Assembly: GCA_001871415.1 (NCBI GenBank)
Contig: MNWW01000002.1
Coordinates: 1-42,690 of the forward strand
Length of the DNA: 42,690 nucleotides
From: Candidatus Woesearchaeota archaeon CG1_02_57_44
Lineage (GTDB): Archaea; Nanobdellota; Nanobdellia; Woesearchaeales; CG1-02-57-44
Direction of reading: 5' to 3'
In this document: piece after piece, positions 28,226 to 37,646 of the stretch
Layout: the number at the start of each line of letters is the position of its first letter
Numbering within the stretch: the first letter of the stretch is position 1
Program-made: the position numbers and the translations under genes
The notes under the pieces: generated by a model
Told to the model about the DNA's origin: nothing
Seen by the model: only the letters and a program-made list of their open reading frames with translations
Databases searched by the model: none

Positions 28226-30028
28226 TCAGTAGCGGTCCTCCAGTTGCAGCTTCGGGTAAATGCCCAGGCTCATGAGCTCGTCGAGGAAGAGCTTGAACGC
28301 GTAGCTCATTTCAACAAAGCTCACCTTGGGGGTGTCCCCATAGATAGGACTGACCGTCACATTCCGGTACCGGTCTATATACGCGATAAGTCCTGACTCT
28401 TCGCAGACAGGAACCAGTGTCCTGTCAGAGTCAAAGCGCTCCTTGAGCAGCAGGCTGGCTCCATGCGCCACGAACGTATCCTTCTCCATCTCTCCCAGGC
28501 GCAAACCGCCTTCCTTTGCGCGGCCCTCGGTGGGCTGCCTGGTCAGCAGCTGGATAGGGCCTCTGGCCCTGCTGTGCAGCTTGTTGGCGACCATGTGCTT
28601 GAGCTTGAGGTAGTACATGCTGCCGATAAAAATCTGGGCCTGCATGGCTTCTCCCGATTCCCCATTGTAGATCTGTTCGGTCCCTGATTCACGGAATCCA
28701 TGACTGACGAGCGCTTTGCGAAGCGCGTCTGGATCCTCGGCGTCAAATGCCGTGCCGTCGATATATCTGCCCTCCAGGGAGCCAAGCTTGCCACCGACCA
28801 GCTCGATGAGATGGGCGATGGTCATGCGGCTGGGAATACCGTGCGGTGAGAAGATGATGTCCGGTGTGATGCCCGATACAGAGAAAGGCATGTCACTCTG
28901 CGGCACGATGAGGCCGATGACGCCCTTCTGTCCGTGCCTGCTGGTGAACTTGTCTCCGATTTCAGGGACACGCTGGTCGCGGATGCGAACCTGCACCATG
29001 CGGTTGCCTTCATCATTCTCGGTCAGCAGCACAAAATCCACCTTTCCCTTTTCTCCATGCGGCATGGAGACGCTGGATTCGCGTCGGATATTGCTCGTGA
29101 GCGAATACTCGTCCATGCCAGAAAGGAATCTTGGCGGGCTGGTCTTGCCGATGATGACATCTTCCTCTTGCACGCTGGCCTCAGGGTAGATGATGCCGTC
29201 TTCTTCCAGGTAGCGGTAGTCCTTCTCTGAGCGATAACCCTTCACATCTTTGTCCGGGATGCACACTTCATCGACCAGGCCGCCGGAATAGCGGAGCTCT
29301 TCAGCTACACTGGGTCGAAAATAGGTATTGCGCGCCAGGCCGCGATCAAGGCTCGCCTTGTTGATGATGATGGCGTCCTCCATGTTGTAGCCCTTGTAAC
29401 TCATGATGGCGACAATCATGTTCTGCCCGGAGGGGTGGCTTGCATAATCAGAGATGATGTGCATATCGCTGCGAACGATAGGCATCTGCGCCTCGTGCAG
29501 GACATTGGTGTCCATGTCCATGCGCACCAGGTAGTTGGCGGCGTACAAGCCGAGCGCCTGCTTCTGGTTCTTGCTGCCCGCGTTCAGGCGCGCGCTCTGG
29601 TTGTAGTTGGCGAAGGGGACCAGCGACGTGCACAGGCCAAGTATCGCGAGCGGCGTCACTTCCATGTGCGTGTGCGCTTCGGTGAGATCCGATGCAGTGA
29701 ATGCTACCAGCGTGTTCTCCTCTTCAGCTGCGTCCAGATGCTCGATGACTCCCTGCTTGACCAGGTCCTGCCACGAGAGCTCGTGCTTTCGCAACTGCGT
29801 GAGATGCGCGTCCGTCAGCAATGGCTTGCCATTCTTGACCACGATGAGCGGGCGTTGCACACGGCCTTTGCCCGTCTCCAGATTGACGTCGCCGGTGACT
29901 TCCGCCACCTGTACGCTCATGCGCTCGGGTAGCGCGCCACGCCGGCGCTCTGCGATAATCTTGTCGCGGAATTCTTCAGCATTGTCCACTTCACCTACAA
30001 AGACGCCGTTTAAGTATACTTCTGCCAT
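28226..30028 (-). CDS. rpoB1: RNA polymerase subunit B' (Rpo2C)
   Basis: GYNMEDA, GDKFTSRHGQKG, RQPTEGRAKEGGLRLGEME; start MAEVYLNG at 30028. Confidence 0.97.
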   Translation of the reverse strand: MAEVYLNGVFVGEVDNAEEFRDKIIAERRRGALPERMSVQVAEVTGDVNLETGKGRVQRPLIVVKNGKPLLTDAHLTQLRKHELSWQDLVKQGVIEHLDAAEEENTLVAFTASDLTEAHTHMEVTPLAILGLCTSLVPFANYNQSARLNAGSKNQKQALGLYAANYLVRMDMDTNVLHEAQMPIVRSDMHIISDYASHPSGQNMIVAIMSYKGYNMEDAIIINKASLDRGLARNTYFRPSVAEELRYSGGLVDEVCIPDKDVKGYRSEKDYRYLEEDGIIYPEASVQEEDVIIGKTSPPRFLSGMDEYSLTSNIRRESSVSMPHGEKGKVDFVLLTENDEGNRMVQVRIRDQRVPEIGDKFTSRHGQKGVIGLIVPQSDMPFSVSGITPDIIFSPHGIPSRMTIAHLIELVGGKLGSLEGRYIDGTAFDAEDPDALRKALVSHGFRESGTEQIYNGESGEAMQAQIFIGSMYYLKLKHMVANKLHSRARGPIQLLTRQPTEGRAKEGGLRLGEMEKDTFVAHGASLLLKERFDSDRTLVPVCEESGLIAYIDRYRNVTVSPIYGDTPKVSFVEMSYAFKLFLDELMSLGIYPKLQLEDRY

Positions 30029-30038
30029 GGGTATCGCC

Positions 30039-31562
30039 TCAGAGATAGGGCCGCAGGCCCAGCGCGCGAAGGTGATTGTACACTTCCTCTTCATCCGCGC
30101 CTTCAGTGATGCTGGCCAGGAGCGCGAGATTCTTGCGCAGGCCGATGTTGGTTCCTTCAGGAGTCTCTATGGGGCACAGCCTTCCCAGGTGTGTCGCGTG
30201 CAGTTCGCGCGCCGCGAAATTCTCCTGGCTCGCGGACAGCGGGCTCACGACGCGTTGCAGGTGGCTGAGCGTGTCCAGGTTGTTGAGCCGCTGGATGCGC
30301 TGTGCGATGCCCTTTCGGCCGCCGACCCACGAGCCTGTGGCCATGGCGCTGTAGATGCGCTGTGTGAGCAGCTTGTCACGTATGACGACCTTGACGCTCG
30401 GGAACTTGCCCCGCTTGACGATGCGCTGGAAGTTGTAGAGCATGTCGTGGATGAGCACCTTCAGGTTCATGCGGAATAAATCCCCCAGCAGATCGCCGGA
30501 GAGCTTGAGCCGCTTGTTCTGGTAGTGGTCCTTATCATCCAGCGGCACCTCCCTGTTGCTGACCATGATGTACTTGCGCAGCATCTTGCACAGGTTATGC
30601 GCCTTGATGAGGCGTCCCTCAGCTTCGGTGCCAAGGTGCGGAAGCAGGTATTTGTCAAGGATCTCACGCATACGCTCGACACGGATGTCCTTGCTCTGGG
30701 TGATGCCTATCTTCTTGGCTATCCAGTCGACCGCGTCATCCTCGCTCTTGATGTCCGCGAATTCCATGAGGTTGACGATGACTTCGTCGAACTGGCGCTC
30801 CTCGCTCACCGCTTTCATCAGGTCTTCGTCCGTGGTCATGCCAAGCGCCTTGATGATGACTATCACCGGTATGCGCTTGACCCTGGTGAACGAGAGGTAG
30901 AAGACGACATCCTTTGCCTTCTCCAGGACGTGCGGTATCTTAAAAGAGCCACGCTCGGAGAACATCTTGCCAACGAACTGGCTGATGCCTGTGCTGGTCT
31001 CTTCCACCATGAATCTGTTCTGGCAGAGGTCTTCGAGACTGATGAGTACTTTCTCTGATCCATTGATGATGAAATAGCCTCCAACCTCGTCGGGATCCTC
31101 GCCTTTCGCGATGAGTTCATCACGGTTCAAGCCATGCAAATGGCAGTTCTTGGACTTTATCATAACAGGCAAATTGCCCACCTGGGTCGTGAAGCTCTCG
31201 CGTTGTACGCCATTGATGTGACTGGACACCTTCATGAAAATAGGTGAGGCGTAGGTCATTTTTCTCAGGCGCGCTTCTACAGGGTAGATGGGCCTTTTGC
31301 TGCCATCCGCCTCAGTGATGCTGGGTCCGCTGGGTCCTGCTTCCTCTGGTCGGTTAAGGCCTGGCCTGCTGACCCATATCTCGTCGAGCCTTATCTTGAA
31401 CTCGTCGACATTTTGCGGGATGATGGTCGGTTCGATCTCGCGATTCTCTTCGATGATGGCCTGCATTTCATGGTCAACAAAGTGGTTGAAGCTTTGGATA
31501 TTGGAGTTGATGATGCTGTGGTCACGGAAGAACTGCTCCAGCAATATGGTTGATTGTTTCAT
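30039..31562 (-). CDS. rpoB2: RNA polymerase subunit B'' (Rpo2N)
   Basis: GGYFIINGSEKV, DDKDHYQNKRLKL, GRLCPIETPEGTNIGLRKNLA. Confidence 0.97.
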   Translation of the reverse strand: MKQSTILLEQFFRDHSIINSNIQSFNHFVDHEMQAIIEENREIEPTIIPQNVDEFKIRLDEIWVSRPGLNRPEEAGPSGPSITEADGSKRPIYPVEARLRKMTYASPIFMKVSSHINGVQRESFTTQVGNLPVMIKSKNCHLHGLNRDELIAKGEDPDEVGGYFIINGSEKVLISLEDLCQNRFMVEETSTGISQFVGKMFSERGSFKIPHVLEKAKDVVFYLSFTRVKRIPVIVIIKALGMTTDEDLMKAVSEERQFDEVIVNLMEFADIKSEDDAVDWIAKKIGITQSKDIRVERMREILDKYLLPHLGTEAEGRLIKAHNLCKMLRKYIMVSNREVPLDDKDHYQNKRLKLSGDLLGDLFRMNLKVLIHDMLYNFQRIVKRGKFPSVKVVIRDKLLTQRIYSAMATGSWVGGRKGIAQRIQRLNNLDTLSHLQRVVSPLSASQENFAARELHATHLGRLCPIETPEGTNIGLRKNLALLASITEGADEEEVYNHLRALGLRPYL

Positions 31563-31789
31563 TAGATCACCGTCCTGTAGAACACGGACTCGCCCGCGGT
31601 CTTGCTTTCCCGCACAATCTTGATGATGTCGCCTTCAGCGCAGTCCAGGTGCGCGATGGCCGCATCAGTCTTCAGAATCTTTGGCAAATCCTGTGGCCGT
31701 ACCTGGAACTGCTCGAGGAGCGCGTCGCGCTCTTTCTGTGAAACTTTGCTATGCTTGGGCAAAAGCCCGTGCTTGATTGCGTCACCCAC
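31562..31789 (-). CDS. rpoH: RNA polymerase subunit H (Rpo5)
   Basis: HGLLPKH, LPKILKTD, GDIIKIVRESKTAGESVFYRTV. Confidence 0.95.
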   Translation of the reverse strand: MGDAIKHGLLPKHSKVSQKERDALLEQFQVRPQDLPKILKTDAAIAHLDCAEGDIIKIVRESKTAGESVFYRTVI

Positions 31790-31822
31790 GTTTGACCACC
31801 TTTGACTTCACTGCTCTTGCTA

Positions 31823-31923
31823 CGGGCCGGACGAGATTCGAACTCGCGACCCCCTGGTTTCTTAGCATGCTGGTATGCATGTGCTTAAAAGCCAGGTGCT
31901 CCTCCAGGCTGAGCTACCGGCCC
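31823..31923 (-). tRNA. tRNA-Lys(TTT) with 27-nt intron at 37/38 (31859-31885)
   Basis: GGGCCGG/CCGGCCC-G acceptor; CCTGG-CTTTTA[intron]A-CCAGG; TTCGAAT T-loop. Confidence 0.92.
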
Positions 31924-32006
31924 AGTGCATGTCACTGGCACCCCTACTGTTGCGGATGGCACATATGCGGCGACATCCCCTGAATTGCATTCTTGCGCTA
32001 AAAAAA

Positions 32007-32106
32007 TGGCGCCCTGGCCGGGATTCGAACCCGGGTCGAAGCCTCGACAAGGCTTCATGATACTCCGGGCAGTTTTTAGCTGCTGGCCGGACTACACTAC
32101 CAAGGC
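32007..32106 (-). tRNA. tRNA-Asp(GTC), encoded CCA, 22-nt D-loop intron (32063-32084)
   Basis: AAGCC-TT-GTC-GA-GGCTT anticodon arm; removing AGCAGCTAAAAACTGCCCGGAG restores the D arm GTGTAGTCCGGCCTATCAT. Confidence 0.92.
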
Positions 32107-32246
32107 AACACATGTCTGATTTCACAGTGGATGTTCCCTGGGCTATGCCTCTAATACTTCCAAATACGGCAAGCATAGAGAATGCCCTTTTGTACTGCCC
32201 CAGAAAACCACCGTTCGCCTTTATTGTCTCACCCATTTGCAAAAGG

Positions 32247-32404
32247 TCCCCTCACCCGGATGCTCAGCCACAAAGACTCTTTGCGACTCTTGAACCGGGG
32301 ACTTTTCGGTGACTATTGCTGCCTATGATTCATCCTTTCCTGACCTCAGGAACGTCGCATAGGGGATCTACAGCCGAACGCTCTAGCCACTGAGCTATGA
32401 GGGG
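32247..32404 (-). tRNA. tRNA-Tyr(GTA) with two introns (57 nt at 37/38, 32311-32367; 28 nt at 59/60, 32261-32288)
   Basis: C1:G72 acceptor CCCCTCA/TGAGGGG-A; TTCGG-CT-GTA-G[..]A-CCGAA; BHB-type motifs at both junctions. Confidence 0.9.
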
Positions 32405-32432
32405 ACACCGACGACTACGAGAAAAAGGGTCC

Positions 32433-32449
32433 CTTTAAATAGTTTGCGG
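32433..32449 (-). promoter_or_regulatory. promoter for tRNA-Tyr/Asp/Lys cluster
   Basis: Minus strand CCGCAAACTATTTAAAG about 30 nt upstream of tRNA-Tyr. Confidence 0.6.
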
Positions 32450-32817
32450 ATTTCGGACGGGAAGTGAGCAGTTTCTGATTTTGCTGTTATTTGCACTTTT
32501 ATCGGCATCCCTGCTCGTTTTTTCTGTTTTTGGTTCGGCTAACCTGGGGGTATGCGCAGCAGCGTCTCTTCCATCGCACCTCGTCATGGTGAATGAGGCA
32601 TGCCAGCGACAGGAGGTGTGTGTCTGTCTACTGTGTATCTACTATGTACTATGGCTTTAGCCGTTCTGTCTGCTGTCGCTTTAGCCGTTGAATGGGGTCA
32701 TTTGGTGCTTCGGGGTGCAATGCTGAATATGCGCTTTGCAAAACCTTTAAATAATAGTTAAGCCAAAAAAAACATGGGTGTGGGCCCGCAGATGGGTGGA
32801 TAGTAGGTTCGAGAACA

Positions 32818-34383
32818 ATGAAACATCGTACTCTCCAAAACAGTGCCATTCCTCAGGATGAGCGGTTTCTTGAAGCCCGGCTGGTGCGTTCGACATCAGG
32901 CGTATCTTCGCAGTTGTCGGTCAGTCGCACAATCCCTCTTTGTGCGGTTCTCGCCGTGGCATTGCTGATCCTGGGCATATTGCCCTCATCCCTGGCATTC
33001 ACTGCGACGCTTGAGCCGCTGCAGAACCGCGTTGATCGCAATGAGTCCGCGCTACTCGATCTTGCCATCACCAATACCGGCAAGGTCCCGGACAGCTATA
33101 ATATCGGTATGGTGGATGGGCTCTGGGAGGTCTCCAGTCAGCCCGTTTACGCTTACCAGAGCGAGTATGGCGTGGATGTCGCTCCTGGCGAGACAGTCCA
33201 TACGACCCTCTATCTCAGGCCCATTCTGCAATTGCCATACGGTACCTACAGTATTCCATTCGAGATTGGGGCCAAACAGGAAAAGACCCTCCAGTCGCGC
33301 TCAGCAATTGTCAGTCTCCGTTCTGCTGATGAGGTCGCGCTGGTGCGCGCATATCAGCCAACGGTCCAGGTGGATGTGCAATTGCCCAACCGCGGTCTGC
33401 TCGACCCACGTGAAGAGGCCATCATCGCAATAAAAATGGACAACCAGAATCCTCTCAACCTGAGCGCTCTTCGGATAGTTGTCAACAGCCAGCTCATCAA
33501 TTACAACCTAAGCACGCGACTTGCTCCGCTAGAGCAGCGCACTGAGCAGTTCAGGGTTTCCTTTGATGCATTGGAAGCTCCGCGAAAAGACCAGCTTACC
33601 GTGGTCCTGTTCCGTGACGATGAAGTCCTCAAGACCGTGAGACAGCAGTATGAGATTATCGCCTACTCGTCGCTATCCAGGGAACAGCAGGAAGAGTCAT
33701 CGCTGCTAGGGGTCGTACACCATAAGACTCTGACGTTGCGTAATGACGGCAATATCGCCAGAACAGAGACGGTCGCTCTGCCGGCGTCCTGGTTCAACAG
33801 ACTCTTTTCTGGCGCGTCATCTGGTCACATAGTCAAGGACAACCAGTATGTCTGGAGCCTAGAGCTGTCACCTGGACAGCAGGTGCAATTGCAGGTGACC
33901 ACTAATTATGGGTTGCTCGTACTCATGTTGGTGCTCGCGGGCGCGGTGATTGTCCTCTACTATATCTATCGTAGTCCCCTCATAGCTATCAAGGAGGCGT
34001 CTGTCGACGTCCACGATGAGCGCGATGTCTCTGAGATGAAGATACTGCTGTTCATCAAGAACCGTTCTGGAAGGCAACTGCCTAATGTCAGGGTGCTCGA
34101 CAAGGTGCCTCACATCGCGGAATTGACAGATGAAGTGATTGTGGGGACCTTGCGCCCGGTCAAGATGAGCCGCTCTTCTGATGCGACCATTGTGGAATGG
34201 GTCGTACCGACCGTGGAGCCCTATGAGGAACGCATCATCAGTTACAAGATTCGCTCGAAACTGAGCATTATTGGCATGTTCAATCTGCCTCCTGCGATGC
34301 TCAAGTTCAAGCACCGCGGGGACAAAGAGCGTGTGGTGCTTTCCAACGCGCTCAAGTCAACCGAGTGCGCATCGGAGGACTAG
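32818..34383 (+). CDS. secreted Ig-like (NEW3/COG1470-like) protein with TM and cytoplasmic beta-domain
   Basis: Signal-like hydrophobic stretch, ITNTG..DSY, VAPGET, LRNDGN, LSPGQQ motifs; TM near residue 365; upstream CTTTAAATA box. Confidence 0.75.
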   Translation: MKHRTLQNSAIPQDERFLEARLVRSTSGVSSQLSVSRTIPLCAVLAVALLILGILPSSLAFTATLEPLQNRVDRNESALLDLAITNTGKVPDSYNIGMVDGLWEVSSQPVYAYQSEYGVDVAPGETVHTTLYLRPILQLPYGTYSIPFEIGAKQEKTLQSRSAIVSLRSADEVALVRAYQPTVQVDVQLPNRGLLDPREEAIIAIKMDNQNPLNLSALRIVVNSQLINYNLSTRLAPLEQRTEQFRVSFDALEAPRKDQLTVVLFRDDEVLKTVRQQYEIIAYSSLSREQQEESSLLGVVHHKTLTLRNDGNIARTETVALPASWFNRLFSGASSGHIVKDNQYVWSLELSPGQQVQLQVTTNYGLLVLMLVLAGAVIVLYYIYRSPLIAIKEASVDVHDERDVSEMKILLFIKNRSGRQLPNVRVLDKVPHIAELTDEVIVGTLRPVKMSRSSDATIVEWVVPTVEPYEERIISYKIRSKLSIIGMFNLPPAMLKFKHRGDKERVVLSNALKSTECASED

Positions 34384-34385
34384 CA

Positions 34386-35120
34386 ATGCTGGTTGAACAT
34401 CCTGCAATTGTCGCCCTGCTCAAGGCGGTCGTCATTCTTCTGGTGACGGGATTCGCGGCGTACGTGGTCCGAAAAGCCTTTGGCAGTGCGCTGTCGCACT
34501 CGGATGCGCGCATCATCAGTCCTGTGCTGCTCATGGCATCGCTTCTCGTCTGGGTGACCGGGACGCTGATTGCCGTGGGGACCCTGGGTGTTCCTATCGA
34601 GGCGATTCTTGCGGTATTTGCGGCCATCGCTTTTGCCTTCGGGCTGGGCATGGCGCGTCCGCTGGAGAATCTGCTGGCGCGCTCCCTCATTGATATGTTC
34701 TCCGGCATGGGCAAGGGTCGAACCCTGGTGATTGATGGTATTAAGGGGGTCATTACGGATATCAACGCGTTGTACACGGTCATTCTTCGTGATGACAATA
34801 GCTTGCTATTCATTCCCAACAGCAGGTTCCTTCGTGAGGGCTTCGCAGTGGAATTGGCAAAGTCAGGGCAGGAGATGATGCTGCAGGAAAAGGTGCCTGT
34901 CGGTATCGATCTTTCCCGGCTGGAATCTGCCGTGCTCGGGCAGCTCAAGCGCATCCCTGGAATTGTGCGCAAGCCCGGTCCACTGGTCGCACTGTCTGGC
35001 ACGGGCCGGGGAACGCAGGAGATATCTATGGTGTTCAATATCTCTGACCTGGGTCAGCGGGCGGAAATCATCCGTAAGGTGCGAAGGGCTTTTCGGAAGT
35101 GCATTGAGGATGTGTCATGA
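34386..35120 (+). CDS. mscS: small-conductance mechanosensitive channel (MscS family)
   Basis: 3 TMs, AFAFGLG..PLENLLA, IDGIKGVITDINALYTVI, FIPNS; GGAGGA RBS before ATG 34386. Confidence 0.85.
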   Translation: MLVEHPAIVALLKAVVILLVTGFAAYVVRKAFGSALSHSDARIISPVLLMASLLVWVTGTLIAVGTLGVPIEAILAVFAAIAFAFGLGMARPLENLLARSLIDMFSGMGKGRTLVIDGIKGVITDINALYTVILRDDNSLLFIPNSRFLREGFAVELAKSGQEMMLQEKVPVGIDLSRLESAVLGQLKRIPGIVRKPGPLVALSGTGRGTQEISMVFNISDLGQRAEIIRKVRRAFRKCIEDVS

Positions 35121-35207
35121 GTTGTATGGCCTAGCTGCCACAGGTCAGGTGCATATGCCAATAGGTCATGCCAGGCGTGTCTCAGGCCACGATTATATCT
35201 AAGGGTC

Positions 35208-35318
35208 ATGACTGCGCCTGTGGGTTGTATGGATAGGTTATATGATGACTGCGCCTGTGGGTTGTATGGATAGGTTATATGATGACTGCGCCTGTGGGTT
35301 GTATGGATAGGTTATATG
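35208..35318. repeat. 3 x 37-bp perfect tandem repeat
   Basis: ATGACTGCGCCTGTGGGTTGTATGGATAGGTTATATG at 35208, 35245, 35282; no spacers. Confidence 0.95.
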
Positions 35319-35480
35319 GATAGTATTATCTCATCATAGGCATCAGATGCTTGAAGGGATGCTTGATGGTCCACGGCGGTCTGGTGAGCAATACGAGGTG
35401 GCAGCAGTAGGGTGGTCTCAATAACGTATCAATAACAAGAGCTTCGGTATGAGACGTCTAGGTGACAGGAGTTTTATACA

Positions 35481-36335
35481 ATGAGTAAGTATCAGGGTAA
35501 GTATCAGATAGTGGCTGCCATTGCCAGCCGTGAGACGGTCAAACCAATCATGCTTGTTGCGACTGCGATAGCCAAGCAGAAGCATCAGGGGGTCACCGTC
35601 ATCACTGTGGTGGGCGCTTCGCTGCGTGAAGGACGCGCTCCTCTAGATGAAGCCAAGAAGGTCCTGGACGCGGCGAGTGTCATCGGCAAGGCGCAGCAGG
35701 TGCCTATCACTGCGCATACCCTCATGCACCAGGACGCGGGCACTGCCATTGCGGGGTTCATCCTGCGCAACAAGAGTGATATAGCAGTCCTTGGATGGAG
35801 CGGCAGGATATTCGCGGCAAAGATTCATCGTAGTGTCCCTGACCGTGTCCTGCAGGAAGGGCGGTGTGCCACTTGCATTATCAAACCAAAGGCGCCTACA
35901 GCAATCAAGCGCATCCTGGTTCCGGTCAGCCAGGGAAGCCCGGAGCATTTCTACAGACTCTCCATAGCTGCCCATGTGGCTAAGTCCATGGGTGCCAGCG
36001 TCACCTTGGCGACAATCGCCCGTGGCAAGCCATCACAACAGGAGCGCGCGTTGCTCGAGCGCGCGCGACAGCTGATGGGGATGCGCGCGGATAAGAAAAT
36101 AGTCTCCGGGACAAGTGTTGAGCAGGGTATCATTGATTTGTCAAAAGCGCATGACTTGGTCGTGCTCGGGCCAAGCAGGGATTGGGTGCTCCATGACTTC
36201 CTGTTCGGCCGCATGGTGGATGGCATCGCCAATGGCTCGCATTGTTCCGTTATGATGGTCAAGCGACCAAGCAGGCACGAAGGCGTGCTCGTAAGGATGG
36301 TTCAGCGTTTCCATAGTTTCAGGGCGCGCTCATAA
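35481..36335 (+). CDS. tandem universal stress protein (USP) domain protein
   Basis: DIAVLGWSG, RILVPVS, HDLVVLGPS, FLFGRMVDGIANGSHCSVMMVK. Confidence 0.88.
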   Translation: MSKYQGKYQIVAAIASRETVKPIMLVATAIAKQKHQGVTVITVVGASLREGRAPLDEAKKVLDAASVIGKAQQVPITAHTLMHQDAGTAIAGFILRNKSDIAVLGWSGRIFAAKIHRSVPDRVLQEGRCATCIIKPKAPTAIKRILVPVSQGSPEHFYRLSIAAHVAKSMGASVTLATIARGKPSQQERALLERARQLMGMRADKKIVSGTSVEQGIIDLSKAHDLVVLGPSRDWVLHDFLFGRMVDGIANGSHCSVMMVKRPSRHEGVLVRMVQRFHSFRARS

Positions 36336-37507
36336 CGTTCCAGGTTGCCCGTGTCAAACCATTGCCCTGAGAAGGGGAATCCATACAGACGGCCTTCTTT
36401 GGCCAGGACCGGAAACACATCTTTCTCGAACATGGCGAAACCGTCGGGTATTCTCTGCAGCACTTCGGGTTCAAGGATATAGAACCCTGCGCTGATGAGA
36501 TTGCTTGGCGGGTCCTTTGGTTTTTCCACAAACGCCAGGATGCGCTCACCTTCCATCAGAGCCACGCCATAATGTTGTGGTTCAGCGACCGTGGTCAGTG
36601 CGATAGTGGCCAATGCTTTGTGCTTGCGGTGGAACGCGTACATGGCCGCGATGTCAATATCCTTGAGCTCATCGCCATTGCTGACAATGAACGGACCTTT
36701 GAAAGAGAGTCCCTGAAGAGATCCTGCCGTGCCAAGCGGCTCGTTCTCCTCCACGTAGCTGACGCGCAGGCCAAATCGCGCGCCGTCCATGAAGTACGCC
36801 TTGATGCGCTCACGCAGGTAGCCGACGCTCATGGTGACGTCCCTGACACCATACTTGAGCAGCAGGTCAAAGAGATGCTCAGTGATGGTCTTGCCATGCA
36901 CCGGGATGAGTGCTTTGGGAATCTCGTAGGTGATGGGCCTAAGACGGGTTCCTTGGCCTCCCGCGAGGATGACTGCCGCGACGGGTGCTTCGCGCAAAGC
37001 TCCGCTCACCATACGCTCGAAATCCGCCCTGCCATAGTCATCGGAGAAGCGTTCAATATCATTCTCATCAAATGTGCCAAATGCCACCTCGACGATGCGT
37101 ACCTTGCCCTGGCTTGCGTACGCCCGGTGACGAGCGCCGCAGGGGATCTTGACCTGCTGATATGGCCTGGCGTGATAGACTTCATCCCCTATCTCGACGA
37201 GGAGGCCTTCTCCCAGCGGTATCCAGAGCTCGTCGCGCTCCTTATGGCTCTGCAGGCTGAGACGCTGGCCTCCTTTGAGTGTGATGACCTTGACCGTGCA
37301 GGTGCGATTATAGGCGAGCCGGTCAAAATAGCCCCAGGGTTTTTCCACATGGATGATTTCATCAAAGCCGGATGCGCCCGATAGTGGACCGTTGCCTGCT
37401 GAGCCGCACCTTGCTTGTTCCGGCGTGTGCGTCCTTTGGCTGTCCTGTTCAGGCGTATGCTCCGCTTGCGTCCCTTGGCTTTCCGCGTCTCGCGTGGGTT
37501 TTGCCAT
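36302..37507 (-). CDS. fusion: type II phosphomannose isomerase cupin + sugar-phosphate nucleotidyltransferase
   Basis: EKPWG, RLSLQSHKERDELW, FDENDIERFSDDYGR (PMI cupin); ILAGGQGTRLRPIT..PKALIP, EPLGTAG, EKP, WFDTG (NTP transferase). Confidence 0.9.
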   Translation of the reverse strand: MAKPTRDAESQGTQAEHTPEQDSQRTHTPEQARCGSAGNGPLSGASGFDEIIHVEKPWGYFDRLAYNRTCTVKVITLKGGQRLSLQSHKERDELWIPLGEGLLVEIGDEVYHARPYQQVKIPCGARHRAYASQGKVRIVEVAFGTFDENDIERFSDDYGRADFERMVSGALREAPVAAVILAGGQGTRLRPITYEIPKALIPVHGKTITEHLFDLLLKYGVRDVTMSVGYLRERIKAYFMDGARFGLRVSYVEENEPLGTAGSLQGLSFKGPFIVSNGDELKDIDIAAMYAFHRKHKALATIALTTVAEPQHYGVALMEGERILAFVEKPKDPPSNLISAGFYILEPEVLQRIPDGFAMFEKDVFPVLAKEGRLYGFPFSGQWFDTGNLERYERALKLWKR

Positions 37508-37646
37508 AGTGGACCAGGCACATGCCCTGTGTTTTATAGTTTTTGGCTAGATGTACATCCCATAGGGGCTACTCGATGATGTATGCCCTTGCTGTGTCCG
37601 ATGATTTGCCGATTATTTTTTATAATGGCTTGTTCATCAGCAGGGT

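Noticed and set aside
32107..32246. 5S rRNA between tRNA-Tyr and tRNA-Asp
   Set aside because: No 5S-like conserved motifs or terminal helix recognisable
31777..32312. Short ORFs in the track across this region
   Set aside because: They overlap three tRNA genes
35208..35318. Possible CRISPR array (37-bp repeats)
   Set aside because: Repeats are head-to-tail with no spacers, and no cas genes are in the window
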